DNA of 64,000 nt, from the NCBI GenBank assembly GCA_965140705.1, contig OZ223302.1:416001-480000 (forward strand), in the 5' to 3' direction. The notes beneath the pieces were generated by a model, which did no database searches, was not told the origin of the DNA, and was given only the letters and a program-made list of their open reading frames with translations. The position numbers and the translations under genes are program-made. This stretch comes from an uncultured Arcobacter sp. (GTDB lineage Bacteria > Campylobacterota > Campylobacteria > Campylobacterales > Arcobacteraceae). Below, one piece after another: positions 61,107 to 64,000 of the stretch. How positions within the stretch are numbered: position 1 is the first letter of the stretch; each line of letters begins with the position of its first letter.

Positions 61107-63848
61107 TTATCTCTTGATTCCAAGAAGAGTTTTTAACATTTCATCAACAGTTGTTATCATTTTTGCATTTGCAGAATATGCTGATTGAAATTTTATTAAA
61201 TTAATCATCTCTTCATCATTATCAACTTTTGTTACCAAATCATATGAGTTATTCATTGATTCACTAACTGCCTTTTGAGTCTCAACTGTAAAGTCACTGC
61301 TCTCTTTATCCCTTGATATATTTGTTCTAAGATTTTGCATATATTGAGAAAATGACATAGTTTCATTATCCCCTGATACTTTATCATTTGATTTATCTTG
61401 ACCATAACCTAAAAATGAAATATTTTCTTCCCATTGATGACCTGCTAAATAGTCATAATCTTTTTGTTCTAAGTTACCTACAACTTCACTATGAAACTTC
61501 ATTGTTCTAACACTAGAACCACTAAATAAGTTTATATCATCTGCAACTCTTATATCATTATCCGTTGCAATTTCACCACTAACATATGTTCCATCATCAT
61601 TTTTAATATAACTAGAAGTCATATCAACAAATGTTTTAGCAAAAGAGTCTAAGGCATCTTTATACTCTTGAAATTTATTTTTTCCAGAATCTGTAGTTAA
61701 ATTTTCTATTATGGCTTTTAATTTACCACTTGAAAAAGATATTGGATCATCTTTTGAAGTTATACTTACAGCAGTATTTGCTAAATCACTTCTTTTCTCA
61801 TTTTTATAAATAGAATTTGAGACAACACCTTCTTTATTATTTATAACCATAGTAGATGTCATAGTAATAGGCGTTAATCCACTAGGTGCCGCATTATCTG
61901 TTATTGAAAAACTATATGTTTGATTTGTATTAACAGGAGCCAATTCATTTGTATCTGTAGTAAAACTAAAACTCTTAACCCCTGGTGGAATAGTTATTTC
62001 TCCGGTTTCGGCATTATAAGTTATGGTATCAGGTACAAATTTAGGTGACAAGTCAAAATAACTTCCTGTATCATCACTAAAAGATACTTTCATTACTTGC
62101 GCCGTTGTTGTTGCATTTTTCAATTCAACAGTATGTGTAATACTACTTCCATCAACTGCACTTAAACTTTTTATAGAACTAACTTGTGTTGTTCCACTAG
62201 CTTGTGTAGCACCTGTAACTGGATTGACATTGGGAATTGCACTAACTAATGGATTCGAATTTGTATTTTCCGTTGAAACTTCAAAATTTTGTGTTATATC
62301 TTTACCATCATTTACAACATTAAGTACAGAAGTAATATTACTCGTATCTGAACCATTTGTTTCTGTTAAAGATAAAGTATACTTTTGATTTACTCCAAAT
62401 AAAGCAGCTGCAGCTTCAGGACTTCCTGCTTCACCTTCAGCAGAATTAATGGTTATTGTAAAAGAGTCAATCCCTGCAGGAACTGTAAGTTTTTTTGTAC
62501 TAGCATTATAAGTAACACTTGGTGGAACAAAAATTGGTACAGCTCCTGATGTTGAAGGATTACTAGATATATCAATATCAAAAACTTCAGAAGATGTTGT
62601 AGTTGCCCCTAAATTTACAGTATGAGTTAAGCTTAAGCCGTCATTTGCGAATTTACTCTCAATTGAAACTGAATTATTATTAATTACAGGACTAACTGTA
62701 ACTGTACCTTGATTTATAGAGTATGGCTCTTCTGTGAAAGTAACTCTACTATCAAATTTACCTTCAATTCCTGGAGTTTTTGATTCAACTAATAAAAATT
62801 TATCTTGACTATCAATAGTTGATTTATGACCATATTTATCAACATCATATGTACCATTATATGCTTTTACTTTAGATGCTAAATCAGAAGTATTTATTTT
62901 ATGAACTAATGCCCTTACATAATTAGTTTCATCTACTTTTACAGTCTCATCTACTCCATCTCCATTTAAGTCAAAAACCATTGTTTCGCCATATTCAACA
63001 CTAACTGAATTTTCATTATCTAATTCAAAGGTAATTACATCTTCTTCATCAAAAGTATCTGAAGGACTTAAGATACTACTTTTTGATCCTTCTTGTGTAA
63101 CATATCTATCTATTTGTGCTTTTTTCTCTTCTCCAACTTCTAGTTTTGACATTGTAGTATTTGAAATAACTGTTTGATTACCAATTTTTAATTCATAAAA
63201 ATCTTTATCCCTATCAACAGTTATATTAGCATATGTAGATATTTCTTTTTCTAATAAATCTCTTTTATCAAGTAAATCATTAGAAGCAAAACCTTGCTCT
63301 TTCATTTTTAGATTAATTCTTTGAATTTGTTCAAGTTTTGAATTTATTTGATCAACATCTTCAGTTAAAGATTTTTTAAAAGTATTTTCTTGTTCTTCAA
63401 TTCCATCATAAAGAGCGTTTAAATCATCAATTACTTTTTGTCCAGTAATTTTTAATTGATTTTTATATACTTCATTGTTTGGATTTGCTCTTATACTTTC
63501 AATTGTTTGAAAATATTTGTCTAAATCAGTTGATAAGCCAGCAGTATCAGTCTCTTTAAATACTGCTTCAATATTTCCTAACATCAAAGACATTTCTGAT
63601 TGATAATTATCTTTACTATTTTGTTTTATTATATTATCATATAAATATTGACTAGTGATTCTAACTGTATCATCAACTGATACACCTCTTCCCCACTGTC
63701 TATTATCACTTTGAGTTAATTCACTTGTCTCTACAACTCTTTTTTTATATCCCTCAGTATTTACATTAGCAAGGTTATTCATTGTATTTTCAACAGCTAT
63801 TTGTGCTGCTCGTAAACCTGATTGGGCTACATTTAACGCATCTAACAT
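61107..63848 (-). CDS. flgK: Flagellar hook-associated protein 1, extended (913 aa)
   Basis: LNVAQSGL..NNLANVNTEGYKKR, GRGV, NDLLDKRD, VDNDEEMINLIKFQSAYSANAKMITTVDEM. Confidence 0.93.
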   Translation of the reverse strand: MLDALNVAQSGLRAAQIAVENTMNNLANVNTEGYKKRVVETSELTQSDNRQWGRGVSVDDTVRITSQYLYDNIIKQNSKDNYQSEMSLMLGNIEAVFKETDTAGLSTDLDKYFQTIESIRANPNNEVYKNQLKITGQKVIDDLNALYDGIEEQENTFKKSLTEDVDQINSKLEQIQRINLKMKEQGFASNDLLDKRDLLEKEISTYANITVDRDKDFYELKIGNQTVISNTTMSKLEVGEEKKAQIDRYVTQEGSKSSILSPSDTFDEEDVITFELDNENSVSVEYGETMVFDLNGDGVDETVKVDETNYVRALVHKINTSDLASKVKAYNGTYDVDKYGHKSTIDSQDKFLLVESKTPGIEGKFDSRVTFTEEPYSINQGTVTVSPVINNNSVSIESKFANDGLSLTHTVNLGATTTSSEVFDIDISSNPSTSGAVPIFVPPSVTYNASTKKLTVPAGIDSFTITINSAEGEAGSPEAAAALFGVNQKYTLSLTETNGSDTSNITSVLNVVNDGKDITQNFEVSTENTNSNPLVSAIPNVNPVTGATQASGTTQVSSIKSLSAVDGSSITHTVELKNATTTAQVMKVSFSDDTGSYFDLSPKFVPDTITYNAETGEITIPPGVKSFSFTTDTNELAPVNTNQTYSFSITDNAAPSGLTPITMTSTMVINNKEGVVSNSIYKNEKRSDLANTAVSITSKDDPISFSSGKLKAIIENLTTDSGKNKFQEYKDALDSFAKTFVDMTSSYIKNDDGTYVSGEIATDNDIRVADDINLFSGSSVRTMKFHSEVVGNLEQKDYDYLAGHQWEENISFLGYGQDKSNDKVSGDNETMSFSQYMQNLRTNISRDKESSDFTVETQKAVSESMNNSYDLVTKVDNDEEMINLIKFQSAYSANAKMITTVDEMLKTLLGIKR
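61900..62670 (-). repeat. Two diverged ~100-aa Calx-beta/Ig-like repeats inside FlgK (about 62365-62670 and 61900-62185)
   Basis: DGLSLTHTVNL..TT..PIFVPPSVTYNASTKKLTVPAGIDSFTIT..NQKYTLSL versus DGSSITHTVEL..TT..PKFVPDTITYNAETGEITIPPGVKSFSFT..NQTYSFSI. Confidence 0.75.
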
Positions 63849-63910
63849 TGTACCTTCCTTTGGGATAATATCCCTAATTATTACATTACAATTCTTAAAA
63901 TTAGATTAAA

Positions 63911-64000
63911 TCAGAAAGGCCAAAGCATTTTTAGCAGTTTTGTACCCCAAGGAACATGCATAACATCTTGTTCTTCCCCATCTTTTTTATACAAAACTTT
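63911..64000 (-). CDS. flgH: 3' end of flagellar L-ring protein (truncated by window edge)
   Basis: Manual translation KVLYKKDGEEQDVMHVPWGTKLLKMLWPF*; the W..L..WPF ending is typical of FlgH, and it lies just upstream of flgK. Confidence 0.7.
   Translation of the reverse strand, partial: KVLYKKDGEEQDVMHVPWGTKLLKMLWPF

Noticed and set aside
63849..63910. Sigma54 or sigma28 promoter for flgK
   Set aside because: No TGGCAC-N5-TTGC or TAAA-N15-CCGAT match; only a small GGGATA-T-TATCCC stem is present.

Overview
Very AT-rich, gene-dense chromosomal window from a Campylobacterota bacterium. Gene content, synteny and TTTAGATATAAT-type promoters point to Arcobacteraceae (inference). Most of it is core genome: bioF, mqnE, miaB, nusA, cysS, rpsF-ssb-rpsR, holA, rnr, ilvC, dprA, nhaA, murC, dapC, tgt, gatC, DAHP synthase, tal, serB, ruvX, acpS, panC, rimO, tilS, and a flgH'-flgK-fliD-fliS-fliT flagellar cluster. 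I saw no rRNA, tRNA, CRISPR array, transposase or phage gene. Six observations stand out. (1) A single 528-aa gene behind miaB-lpxJ looks like a PilM-PilN-PilO (flagellar cage FcpMNO-type) triple fusion. (2) An oversized 913-aa FlgK carries two Calx-beta/adhesin-like repeats. (3) A stand-alone protein has a FrpC-type self-processing-module-like domain in which the scissile Asp-Pro aligns to Asn-Pro. (4) A TolC + sensor kinase + periplasmic binding protein cassette, with no regulator or transporter, sits between COG3400 and tgt. (5) A DUF347/two-component/PAP2 island has shared TTCATTT operator repeats and a perfect 32-bp palindrome. (6) An ABC binding protein and permease are in frame and separated by only one TAG, implying an ATT start or readthrough. 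All family calls come from recognising motifs by eye; no searches were run.
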